Shown one piece after another: positions 29,886-39,153 of a stretch of DNA of 64,000 bases (its first letter is position 1; each line of letters starts with the position of its first letter). The notes under the pieces were generated by a model. The model did not search any database, was not told the DNA's origin, and saw only the letters and a program-made list of their open reading frames with translations. Source of the DNA: an uncultured Pseudomonadota bacterium (GTDB taxonomy: Bacteria > Pseudomonadota > Alphaproteobacteria > Rs-D84). A program made the translations under genes and the position numbers. Location: assembly GCA_902802115.1 (NCBI GenBank), contig CADCKW010000002.1, positions 69,744-133,743 on the forward strand, given 5' to 3'.

Positions 29886-30944
29886 ATGCATATCGTGATG
29901 ACTGTTGTTGCGTTGTTGATTGTTTTAGGTGTCGTGGTCGTTATTCACGAATTAGGGCATTTTTTGGCGGCACGTTGGGCGGGTGTCCGCGTTGATAAAT
30001 TTTCTATTGGATTTGGACCTGCATTAATTAAATGGCATGACAAGCATGGAACCCAGTGGCAGTTGGCATGTTTGCCGTTGGGTGGTTATGTTTCTATATA
30101 CGGTCAAGAAGATATGTTCGACCGCAAAAAATACGATGATTTAAGCGATGAAAAAAAAGTTGGACATTACCTGTCGGTGGCGCGTTGGAAACAATTTATA
30201 ATCATTGGCGCGGGTGTATTTATGAACTTTATGTTGGCTTGGTTTATTTATTCGGCGGCATTTATGTTTCACCCACGCGAAATTCAATTACCGGTGGTTG
30301 GTCAGGTTATACAGCAAAGTGTTGCATTTAAAGCGGGTGTAAAACCGGGCGATGTTATTGTAAAAATTGATGGAAAAAAGGTTTCTAATTGGGGTGAAAT
30401 TATTTTGGCCAAAGAATTGGCGGCGCAACACGATGCAAATGTTGAACTGATGCGTGGCGAAAAATTTATTGATGTCACTTTGGCACCTGCGGAACGGTGG
30501 GGTTTGGTTGCAGACGGTTCCAAAACAGAATTACGCAAAAAAGGTTTTATTGACGGCATGTATTGGGGCGCACGTGAAACATACAACCAATCAAAAACTT
30601 TATTGACCGTATTAAAACAGATTATTACCGGCGAACGTTCATCTAAACAACTGGGGTCGTTCATCACAATTGCCCAGGTTTCTGGCCAGGCTTTATCCAT
30701 TGGATTTTGGGCGTTTTTATCAATTATCGCATTATTATCTGTTAATTTAGGTGTGGTGAATTTATTACCTTTGCCGGTGTTGGACGGTGGATTTTTGTTG
30801 ATATTGATAATTGAATTTATCACGCGTCGCCGTTTGCAAGGCAAAGCCATGGAATATGCTTTTGCGGTGGGTTGGATATTGATTATTGGTTTAATGTTGC
30901 TGACCATGTGGAACGATATAGCTAGGGTTTTTGGATTGAATTAA
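29886..30944 (+). CDS. rseP: RIP metalloprotease RseP (site-2 protease)
   Basis: HELGHF zinc motif in TM1, PDZ region, C-terminal LDGG motif. Confidence 0.9.
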   Translation: MHIVMTVVALLIVLGVVVVIHELGHFLAARWAGVRVDKFSIGFGPALIKWHDKHGTQWQLACLPLGGYVSIYGQEDMFDRKKYDDLSDEKKVGHYLSVARWKQFIIIGAGVFMNFMLAWFIYSAAFMFHPREIQLPVVGQVIQQSVAFKAGVKPGDVIVKIDGKKVSNWGEIILAKELAAQHDANVELMRGEKFIDVTLAPAERWGLVADGSKTELRKKGFIDGMYWGARETYNQSKTLLTVLKQIITGERSSKQLGSFITIAQVSGQALSIGFWAFLSIIALLSVNLGVVNLLPLPVLDGGFLLILIIEFITRRRLQGKAMEYAFAVGWILIIGLMLLTMWNDIARVFGLN

Positions 30945-30945
30945 A

Positions 30946-33213
30946 ATGAATAGAAAAAATATTATTTCTTTGATTGGGACAATGTGCGTTGTTGGCACAG
31001 CGGGTGCGGCAACGATTTCACGCATTGATGTTTCGGGAACAAAACGTATGGACGCGGAATCTGTGCGGATTTTGTCTGGGGTCAAGGTTGGCGATAACAT
31101 TGGGTCTGCAACGACAAATGAAATCGCAAAAAGATTACAAGACAGTGGTTATTTTTCCAGTATCAATGTCACAAGTGATGGCGGTGTAATTAAAATAAAA
31201 CTGACTGAATCACCTGTGGTGTCCCAGGTGACTGTCGAAGGTAATGACGAGGTTTCGACAGATGATTTAAAAAAAGAAATTAAATTGGCGGAACGCGCGG
31301 CATACGATGAAACGGTTATTGGTGCCGATGTGCAAAGGTTGCTGACTATATATCAACGCAAGGGATTTTTTGGAACAAAAATAAATCCAAAAAAAATCGA
31401 ATTGGATAACAACCGCGTCAATGTTGTATATGAAATTACCGAAGGTCACCCAACATATATTTCCAATATTGATTTTTCTGGTAATGAACATTTCAGCGAC
31501 AGGACTTTGCGTGGTGAAATATTGTCGCGCGAACATGCGTGGTGGCGTTTTATGACTCAATTTGATGTGTTTGACGAAGACAGAATTCAATACGATGCAC
31601 AAATGTTGCGCCAATTTTATCTGCGCAATGGTTATGTTGATGCAAATGTCGTAAATACGACTGGGAAATTTACAGAAACGCGCGAATATTATTCTGTTAA
31701 TTTTGAAATTAACGAAGGTGAAAAATATAAATTCGGCGAATTGAAAATTGATAATCCGTTCCCAGATGTGCCAGATGAAAAATTATACGATGTTATAAAA
31801 ATGGAAACAGGTGACACATATGATATAGACAAGGTTGATGCGACAATATCTGCGTTGCGTGGCGCGGTGGCGGACGCCGGATATGCGTTTATTACGGTGG
31901 AACCTGTCCCGGTCAAAGACGATAAAAAACGTACTGTGTCGTTGGAATTTAAAATTCAAAAAACCAATCGTATTTATTTAAATTCTATTAACATTTTGGG
32001 AAATGTGAGAACGTTTGACAGTGTGATTGAACAATCTTTGCCGATGCGTGCGGGCGACCCGTTTTCATTACAAACAATCGAAGAAGCACGTCAAAATTTA
32101 ATGCACACACGTTATTTCAAAGATGTGCAAATGGTGCCAACACGAATTGCCGATGCAAATATGATGAATCTGGACGTGCGTGTTGCCGAACAGCCCACAG
32201 GCGAATTGTCGGGTGGTGTTGGTTGGTCTAATATCAATGGATTTATGGTTGATGCGGGTATTACCGAAAATAATTTTATGGGACGCGGTCAAATTGTCCA
32301 AATCAAAGGCTCGCTGGCGCAATATCAAAAACAGGCCTTGTTCAGTTTTACCGAACCATATTTGTTTGGTCGCGCATTATCGGCGGGATTTGATGTCGCA
32401 TACACAATGTATGATTATCGGGGACTCACCGGATTTGATTACGACCGCGACTCGCTTAGTGTGTCGGGACGATTGGGTTGGAAATTAACAGACCATTGGT
32501 CACAAAGTATGCGTTTGTCTGCGGCATTTGATCAAAACACTGATCCGCAACAGGCCGCCGGCATGGTGCATGCGCGTTTATATTCGTTGGGAACAACACT
32601 GCGGTATTATAATTTGGATACGAATTTTGAACAAAACACTCATACCGGATTGGTTGGTAATTTTGGTGTGACATATACCGGTTTTGGTGGCACGACAACA
32701 TATATGCGTTATTCAGGTGATATGACCGCAATGGTTAAATTCTGGGACGACCGGTGGCAATTAAAAACTGCATTAGAAGGCGGATATATTGCCCCCATTG
32801 GCGACAGTTATGTTCCACGTGTGTATCGGTATTTCTTGGGTGGTGAATCATTGCGTGGATTTGATGTTGCGGGTGTTGGTCGTATCAGCAAGAATTCTTA
32901 TTCGTTGGGTGGATTATGGAAGGTTAATGGCACAACACAGTTGAATTTCCCTGTATTTATACCTGATGAATACCAGGTCAAAGGTTTTGTATTTACCGAT
33001 TATGGATACCTGGGCGACCCAGATGTGCCGGCGGGTCAAGAAAACGCGGCATATTTGAACGAGATTGGTTCAGGTTGGCGCACATCGGCGGGATTTGGTG
33101 TGTATTGGAATACCCCAATGGGTCCAATGAATTTCAGTTGGGGCTGGCCGTTGCGCATTGATAAAAACGATAAAGAACGCAGATTTTTATTATCATTTGA
33201 AACACAATTTTAA
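30946..33213 (+). CDS. bamA: outer membrane protein assembly factor BamA
   Basis: Signal peptide, POTRA repeats, C-terminal beta-barrel ending ...FSFETQF; conserved position after rseP. Confidence 0.9.
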   Translation: MNRKNIISLIGTMCVVGTAGAATISRIDVSGTKRMDAESVRILSGVKVGDNIGSATTNEIAKRLQDSGYFSSINVTSDGGVIKIKLTESPVVSQVTVEGNDEVSTDDLKKEIKLAERAAYDETVIGADVQRLLTIYQRKGFFGTKINPKKIELDNNRVNVVYEITEGHPTYISNIDFSGNEHFSDRTLRGEILSREHAWWRFMTQFDVFDEDRIQYDAQMLRQFYLRNGYVDANVVNTTGKFTETREYYSVNFEINEGEKYKFGELKIDNPFPDVPDEKLYDVIKMETGDTYDIDKVDATISALRGAVADAGYAFITVEPVPVKDDKKRTVSLEFKIQKTNRIYLNSINILGNVRTFDSVIEQSLPMRAGDPFSLQTIEEARQNLMHTRYFKDVQMVPTRIADANMMNLDVRVAEQPTGELSGGVGWSNINGFMVDAGITENNFMGRGQIVQIKGSLAQYQKQALFSFTEPYLFGRALSAGFDVAYTMYDYRGLTGFDYDRDSLSVSGRLGWKLTDHWSQSMRLSAAFDQNTDPQQAAGMVHARLYSLGTTLRYYNLDTNFEQNTHTGLVGNFGVTYTGFGGTTTYMRYSGDMTAMVKFWDDRWQLKTALEGGYIAPIGDSYVPRVYRYFLGGESLRGFDVAGVGRISKNSYSLGGLWKVNGTTQLNFPVFIPDEYQVKGFVFTDYGYLGDPDVPAGQENAAYLNEIGSGWRTSAGFGVYWNTPMGPMNFSWGWPLRIDKNDKERRFLLSFETQF

Positions 33214-33236
33214 TATAAATATTTATAACCCGCGGA

Positions 33237-33260
33237 ATTCGCGGGTTTTGTTTGATTATT
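33237..33260 (+). terminator. terminator after bamA
   Basis: AACCCGCGGAATTCGCGGGTTTTG. Confidence 0.6.
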
Positions 33261-33314
33261 TTTGTAATCATAAAAATTATTGCAATAAAACACAAAAATG
33301 TTTTATCATGTTTT

Positions 33315-33696
33315 ACAGAATATAACGGGAGTTATATTCGGGGCTGTCGAAAGCCTGGCTTACCCGGTGCAAAAAATTGTATCGTTATTCCGAATCGCTG
33401 GGATATTTTGTCCCATGAGTTTTTGATATAACATTTTCAGTTTTTTGCGCCGACATATATGAATATTTGTCGGCGTAATTTTTATGCGACAATTGTTTGT
33501 ATATAAAATCCAACTGATTTAAACCCTAAACCAATGTGTTGGTCAGGGTGCCGCATATACGAAAGATATGCGGAGTCACTTGGTATAGCTGATTTTCGAA
33601 CACCCCGACCGCTTCTCTCGTTAGCGGTATTTTTATTTTTTTGCATCGCAAAAAATAAAAATCACGCCACATACCAAAAACCAAAGGGGAGAACAA
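33315..33696 (+). promoter_or_regulatory. conserved leader (about 380 bp) of the variable secreted-protein family, copy A
   Basis: Aligns with the leaders of copies B (48326-48710, minus strand) and C (58902-59295). It begins ACAGAATA(C/T)AACGGGA.TT.T.TTCGGGG and ends with the AT-rich IR TTTTTATTTTTTTGC-ATC-GCAAAAAATAAAAA (about 33630-33662), 35 bp before the ATG. Confidence 0.6.
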
Positions 33697-34605
33697 ATGA
33701 AAAAGATATTATGCGCATTGTTGGGAATGTTGCTTGCCGGGACATCGTGGTCGGCCACCCTGCCCGCCGGTTATACACAACTTGAATATATTGAATCAAC
33801 AGGGGCACAGTATATTGATACAGGGATTTCTGGGTTTAACACTGGGGATTGGGAAATTTATGCCAAATGGATGACGACTGTTTCAACCCAACCGGCCAGT
33901 TATGGTTTCATTTTTGGTGTGTATACAGATGAATCGCACAATTCGTACAGGTTGATTTTTAATCAAACAAATTCTGGGAAGTATTTTATTAGCGCAAATT
34001 CAAGAGCTGGTGGTGGCAGTATAGCTGTTTCAGCAAGTACAAATGCGATTCATAACGTAGTGGTCAAAAATGGTTCTTTTGTATTAGATGGACAAAATTA
34101 TCAAGCACCTAATGCTGGAACAGCATTGCCGGCGGATTCTAAATTGGGAATATTTAGATGCGATGAAAATGGTTCATATGCGTCAAAAGGTGTCGCCAGA
34201 CTTTATTCTATGAGTGTGAAAAAAGATGGTGTTTTGATTGGTGATTTTGTTCCTGCAAAAAATTCGTCTGGCGTAATTGGTATGTATGATACGGTTGGTA
34301 ATCGTTTTTATACAAATCAGGGTACTGGGGAATTTATTGCCGGTCCAGAGGTTTCTATCCGCATTGCGACGACGGCGTATAACAGCGCGCGGTTTAGCCC
34401 AGTGGTGACTGAATTGAACGACACGATTGCAACGATACGAAATGTCGTGACGAACACTATTAACCAAACCAAAGCCATTGCGGATTTGCAGGCAACCAAA
34501 CAAACCCGCCCAGACGAGAACTGCCCCGCCGGTAAAAAATGCCTGCTGGTTGAAGACGATGCCGGCGTGCCGCATTGGTATGAGATTATCGAAAACGCAG
34601 ATTGA
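33697..34605 (+). CDS. variable secreted protein family, copy A (type-I N-terminus, conserved C-terminal module)
   Basis: Signal peptide MKKILCALLGMLLAGTSWSA; N-terminal TLPAGYTQLEYIESTGAQYIDTG shared with 51490 and 52307; C-terminal 90 aa (IRIATTAYNSARFSPVVTELNDTIATIRNVVTNTINQTKAIADLQATKQTRPDENCPAGKKCLLVEDDAGVPHWYEIIENAD) over 90% identical to copies B and C. Confidence 0.7.
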   Translation: MKKILCALLGMLLAGTSWSATLPAGYTQLEYIESTGAQYIDTGISGFNTGDWEIYAKWMTTVSTQPASYGFIFGVYTDESHNSYRLIFNQTNSGKYFISANSRAGGGSIAVSASTNAIHNVVVKNGSFVLDGQNYQAPNAGTALPADSKLGIFRCDENGSYASKGVARLYSMSVKKDGVLIGDFVPAKNSSGVIGMYDTVGNRFYTNQGTGEFIAGPEVSIRIATTAYNSARFSPVVTELNDTIATIRNVVTNTINQTKAIADLQATKQTRPDENCPAGKKCLLVEDDAGVPHWYEIIENAD

Positions 34606-34684
34606 CAGTTTTGATTTTGTTTGGTCAAGGCCCTGAATTCAACTCCCATTAAAAAAAGTAAGGCTGCCAGACAGAGTCAAGAAG

Positions 34685-34710
34685 CACCTGATGAAAATCA
34701 GGTGTTTTTT
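34685..34710 (+). terminator. family 3' hairpin terminator (CACCTGATGAAAATCAGGTG plus T-run)
   Basis: Perfect 8-bp stem plus T-run; an identical hairpin recurs at 34838-34865 and on the minus strand at 47421-47450. Confidence 0.6.
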
Positions 34711-34837
34711 GTTGGCCCCGAACAACTCGCTCGGTTCGCTGTCGCTTTCCTGCGCGGCACTCGTGACAAATCGCCTGACGGCTCTTTTACTCGTAGTCCC
34801 ATTAAAAAACAAGAGGCTTTTGTTTCTAAATCAAGAA

Positions 34838-34865
34838 ACACCTGATGAAAATCAGGTGTTTTTAT
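34838..34865 (+). terminator. second copy of the family 3' hairpin terminator
   Basis: ACACCTGATGAAAATCAGGTGTTTTT, preceded by a 45-bp stretch identical to the copy-B 3'UTR. Confidence 0.5.
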
Positions 34866-34937
34866 GTAAAAATAAATTTCCATTTATAAAAAATCCCCGG
34901 CAATGCCGGGGGATTATCGAGTATTGTTTTATATGCT

Positions 34938-35195
34938 TTATTTTATAACGGCGGATTTGATTAATGTGACATCTTCTTTGATGCCGTCTATTTTTAATTG
35001 CAATTGTCCCAGTCCGGTTTCCAATATTGTTGTGCGATTTTCCAATGCGGTAATGCGACTGTCGGCGCGTTCCAATTCCGCAACCGATGAATCTTGGCGT
35101 GCAACCCAATATACCGCACCAAATGCAAATGCCAGTAAAAACCAACTGTTTCGCAATATTTCCAATATATTCATAAAATCTGTTTTTTTTGGCAT
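34938..35195 (-). CDS. small membrane-anchored coiled-coil protein (phage-associated, function unknown)
   Basis: One TM helix then a heptad region; ends the portal-side phage-like block. Confidence 0.35.
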   Translation of the reverse strand: MPKKTDFMNILEILRNSWFLLAFAFGAVYWVARQDSSVAELERADSRITALENRTTILETGLGQLQLKIDGIKEDVTLIKSAVIK

Positions 35196-35198
35196 GAT

Positions 35199-35399
35199 TT
35201 AACTCCCTGCTTTGCCACGCGATATCATTTGTTCGATTTGTCGCACAAATGCCCGGTTCGATTCAGCCCAACGCAATTCGTTGTCTGTCGCGTTTGGTCC
35301 CAATGTGCGTTCCAATGTAATTTTACGCATGTGTTCCAATACCGCACGACCCGCAGGTGTCCCAAATGCACGCGCATATTGTTTTTCTATTTCTGTCAT
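35199..35399 (-). CDS. small phage-associated protein downstream of portal
   Basis: 66 aa, translationally coupled to the portal gene; its position matches the small conserved gene after the portal in GTA/HK97-type clusters. Confidence 0.4.
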   Translation of the reverse strand: MTEIEKQYARAFGTPAGRAVLEHMRKITLERTLGPNATDNELRWAESNRAFVRQIEQMISRGKAGS

Positions 35400-35409
35400 T
35401 TTTTATCCT

Positions 35410-36633
35410 TTATATTCCCATGTCACGCGTCGCAATCGCAATTGGTGCCAGATATTTTAATTCCGCATCACTGTGTAATGATATCGGTTCTATAACACCA
35501 CGACGCGATAAAATCTGTAATCCGCGTTCGCATAATGGACGTATGAATTCATGCAATACGCGACCATATGTCGCACCCAAAATACGCATCATGTCTGCAT
35601 TGCGTGCCAAAACCTCGGTCGCGGTCATTTCGCGTTCCGCCAACAAACTTAATCTGTCCGCCAATAATGTATGACGAATACGGTCGCGCAAATCGTTTAA
35701 TATCAATTGCGACACATCAAAATCGGCGCCACTGTGTAATGGTGTTAAACCAGAACTGCCCACCGCTTTTGGTATTATCGCCCCAGGTGTCAGATTGATG
35801 TTTTGCAAATTTATAACACCATCATCGTCGGCCTGCCATATACCACTGACGGCGATGGTCGCATTTTTCAAAACCAATTCTACAACTTTGTTCGCCGTTT
35901 TGATGTCTGGCAATGCACGCAAAATTGGACTGCGACCGTATAATTCGCCACTTTGCACAGACCAACGAAAGATTAAATACGGATTCGTTTCAAATGTACC
36001 TGTGGCGACGATATTGTTTTCAATGTCGCCACCAACGTCCAACCATGCAACAAATTCCTTATCAATCAATGATTGAATCATACGTATCGGGGTGTCTGGA
36101 TTTTTTTCAAATTTATTGCGCAAATTCGATGGCGCGTTCCATGTTGGATATCGCAATAAAACATCACCAAATGTTATTGTCGTGGTGTGAAAAATCGCGT
36201 TAGGTAAAATGGCTAAATCTGTGACGGGAATCGCAGTAAATGAAAACGCAGATGCCGCCCCAATTGGATTTTCCGCCATAAACATACATGCAGTACCATA
36301 TATACATAAATCCATATATGCCTGATGCACAGTCGTATAAAAATTTGAATCATTTAAATTTGCACGCAACGCAGTTGTTGCAATTTCTGGGTCTGGGGAC
36401 ATATCACTTTCACGCACCAAATTTATCCATAATGATTCAGGTGGTGTTAAAAGTGTGTATATCGATGCCGCTAAATTATCAACTGCATCGGCAGCGGTGC
36501 CATCAAACAATGTCGCCGTTTCATTATCTGCAATTGGAACAGTATAACGGCGCGCTTCGTCCCAACGGTGCAACCATGGTTCGCGCAATGTTATCGCTTT
36601 GTTATACATTTTGGTTAAGTTTTGAATATTCAT
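35410..36633 (-). CDS. phage portal protein (HK97/GTA-type)
   Basis: 407 aa, a typical size for GTA/HK97-type portals (inference); immediately downstream of the terminase nuclease-domain fragment in the GTA order terminase-portal. Confidence 0.55.
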   Translation of the reverse strand: MNIQNLTKMYNKAITLREPWLHRWDEARRYTVPIADNETATLFDGTAADAVDNLAASIYTLLTPPESLWINLVRESDMSPDPEIATTALRANLNDSNFYTTVHQAYMDLCIYGTACMFMAENPIGAASAFSFTAIPVTDLAILPNAIFHTTTITFGDVLLRYPTWNAPSNLRNKFEKNPDTPIRMIQSLIDKEFVAWLDVGGDIENNIVATGTFETNPYLIFRWSVQSGELYGRSPILRALPDIKTANKVVELVLKNATIAVSGIWQADDDGVINLQNINLTPGAIIPKAVGSSGLTPLHSGADFDVSQLILNDLRDRIRHTLLADRLSLLAEREMTATEVLARNADMMRILGATYGRVLHEFIRPLCERGLQILSRRGVIEPISLHSDAELKYLAPIAIATRDMGI

Positions 36634-36653
36634 TTTTATTCCTTTTTTTATTT

Positions 36654-37700
36654 TTATACTTTGAAATTTGTGTTCGCATTATATGTGCGACATGTTTGTC
36701 CCAATGGGCGTATCGGTGTCGGTGTTATATTTATCGCCCCAGATACCGCGTCCAAACCATCATCATGATAAGAACTGCCAATTGGTGACCAACCTAACAT
36801 TTCAGCCATAAATGGTGTTCGCGTTATTCGTGTGTGCGCAAACATACGCGCCGCCCCCAGTAATGGTTCAAATGTGTTTAAAATTCTTGTTTCTTTTTTT
36901 GTATTATTTGTGATTTTTTGGACATATATTCCGCCACCACGTGATGCAATTTTGTCACCTAATATTTCTGGCAACGCATTTCCCAGCCCATTTGTTTCAA
37001 CCGTCACACGATGCATGTTATATCGTTCCAAGAAATTCAATACTAAATCGCATTGGTATGTCAAAGGCTGGGGATGGTCAGGTGGTGTCACCATATATTG
37101 TATGTCGTGCAAAAATATCCTGTGTGTTTTATCGTCACGAAAAATCAGTGCAATAACACTGGAATCTGTTTTTTTGTGTCCCAATGACGGGTCCCAATAT
37201 ACAGATGCACCTGTGATTTTTTCTGTGCCGATTTGACCTGTTAAATTATTAAATTCTGTGTCATATATTTGTATCATGCCAGGGTCCAAACGGACACGTT
37301 CCAATGGCATGAATTCCAGCATCATTTGCGCCATAAAATGATGTTCGCCCACAGATTTCCTTAATTCATTTATTTTTTCTGGGGTAAAAACATCTGGCCA
37401 GGCAGAGTTTCCGGCACTGTCCAAAATCGGCAGAAAAAATTTTTGAAATCCTGATAAAAAAGGCGTTGAAAATTGAAATTTTTTATTTACTATAACAGAC
37501 ATGGACTTTACCCCTAAGACTTTACCGACAAATCTCGAAGCCGAACAGGCTGTGTTGGCGGCTGTGTTGATGAATAATCGCGCATTGGAACGCGTTTCCG
37601 ATTTTTTAAAACCTGAACATTTTTCACACCCAGCGCACCAAGAAATGTATCGTTTGGCATTGCGTAAGTTTTCCATAGCCGAAGAATTCGATATCATCAC
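36654..37700 (-). pseudogene. terminase large subunit, C-terminal nuclease-domain fragment
   Basis: RNase-H-like nuclease signature (VYWDPSLGHKKTDSSVIALIF...), no Walker ATPase region; the ORF's 5' end overlaps the dnaB start by about 200 nt. Confidence 0.55.
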
Positions 37701-39075
37701 AATTAAAAATTACCTGCAACAACAAGGCATTTTGGATTCTGTCGGCGGTATCGATTATTTGACCGAGTTGTCCCGCGCCGGCGCAACAGTTGTTAATGTC
37801 GAACAATACGGACGCATCGTTTATGAAAATGCTATGCGACGCCAGTTAATTGAACTGGGGCAATCCATTATTGACGATGCATATATCGAAGATTTGGATA
37901 AACCTGTGGCACGTCAATTAGAGGTCGCAGAACAAAAGTTGTTCGAAATGGCGTCCAGTGGTGTCGCAGAACACGAACCAACAACGATTGGAAATGCTTT
38001 GCAATCCGCATTGGAAGAAGCACAAATCGCGTACCAGGCAGATGGAACATTGTCTGGTTTGACAACAGGATTAACCGAATTGGACAAGTCTATTAGTGGT
38101 CTGCACCATTCCGATTTAATTATTATTGCGGGACGTCCCGCCATGGGTAAAACAACACTGGCAATGAATATCGCATTCAATGCGGCAAATGCAATATTAA
38201 CAGGACGCGCAAATTCACATTACAAAGGTGCGGTTGCATTTTTCTCGCTTGAAATGTCTGCGCCCCAGTTGGCGACACGTGTTTTGTCATCACAAACAAA
38301 AATTCCGGCGACATCTATGCGTGAAGGTTCGCTGACCGATGAAGAATTTTTGAAAATGACCCAATATTCCAAGGCTATTTCACAAACACCGTTGGTTATC
38401 GATGATACCGCCGGTATGTCTGTGCCAATGATTCGAACACGCGCACGCAGATTGGCACGCAAATACGGTGGAATCGCGTTGATTGTAATTGACTATTTAC
38501 AGTTGATGATGTCGCCTGGCGGAAAACGCAGCGAAAATCGCGTGCAAGAATTGTCTGAAATTACCCGCGGATTAAAAATGCTGGCCAAAGAATTAGATGT
38601 GCCGGTTATCGCCCTGTCCCAGTTGTCACGCAGTGTCGAAATGCGCGATGATAAACGACCACAATTGGCAGACTTGCGTGAATCTGGTTCTATTGAACAG
38701 GACGCCGATATTGTTATGTTCACATATCGTGAAGAATACTATTTGGATAATCGTGACCCGTCACAAAGAATTTCAACAACAACATCACAAAATAGTGTCG
38801 AAACATGGCAAAAACGTCTGGAACGCGCACGCGGCAAGGCAGATATTATCATCGGCAAAAACCGTCATGGCCGTCCAGAAACTGTGCATTTGGCTTTCTT
38901 GGGCGATTATTGTTTGTTCGATAATTTGGACGAAATGGCGGCGCGGACAATGGACGCACCTTTGCCGGGTGATTTTGGAACAAACACACAAAATAATGTT
39001 GATTCTGGGCCGGCACCAACAGATGATAATGCGGGTGTTGATGTTTCGGCAATTCCTGATGATATTGCACTGTAA
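37501..39075 (+). CDS. dnaB: replicative DNA helicase DnaB (with about 50 aa C-terminal extension)
   Basis: N-terminal primase-interaction region LPTNLEAEQAVLAAVLMNN, Walker A GRPAMGKTT, typical DnaB motifs. Confidence 0.85.
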   Translation: MDFTPKTLPTNLEAEQAVLAAVLMNNRALERVSDFLKPEHFSHPAHQEMYRLALRKFSIAEEFDIITIKNYLQQQGILDSVGGIDYLTELSRAGATVVNVEQYGRIVYENAMRRQLIELGQSIIDDAYIEDLDKPVARQLEVAEQKLFEMASSGVAEHEPTTIGNALQSALEEAQIAYQADGTLSGLTTGLTELDKSISGLHHSDLIIIAGRPAMGKTTLAMNIAFNAANAILTGRANSHYKGAVAFFSLEMSAPQLATRVLSSQTKIPATSMREGSLTDEEFLKMTQYSKAISQTPLVIDDTAGMSVPMIRTRARRLARKYGGIALIVIDYLQLMMSPGGKRSENRVQELSEITRGLKMLAKELDVPVIALSQLSRSVEMRDDKRPQLADLRESGSIEQDADIVMFTYREEYYLDNRDPSQRISTTTSQNSVETWQKRLERARGKADIIIGKNRHGRPETVHLAFLGDYCLFDNLDEMAARTMDAPLPGDFGTNTQNNVDSGPAPTDDNAGVDVSAIPDDIAL

Positions 39076-39153
39076 TTTTTAATGCAGATTTTACTTGCCA
39101 AATATTTAAAAATTGACTAGACTTTTGTCAAGTATTTAACAGGAGTACCAATC

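Noticed and set aside
30302-30907. 201-aa minus-strand ORF
   Set aside because: It is antisense to rseP, which has conserved motifs.
33534-33785. 83-aa ORF spanning the family leader and gene A start
   Set aside because: It crosses the conserved non-coding leader and runs out of frame into the real gene, and it is not conserved as an ORF in leaders B and C.
33697-34605. Diversity-generating retroelement (DGR) target hypothesis for the variable family
   Set aside because: DGR targets vary in a short C-terminal VR and need a nearby reverse transcriptase and template repeat. Here the C-terminus is the most conserved part, variation spans whole central domains, and no RT is in the window.
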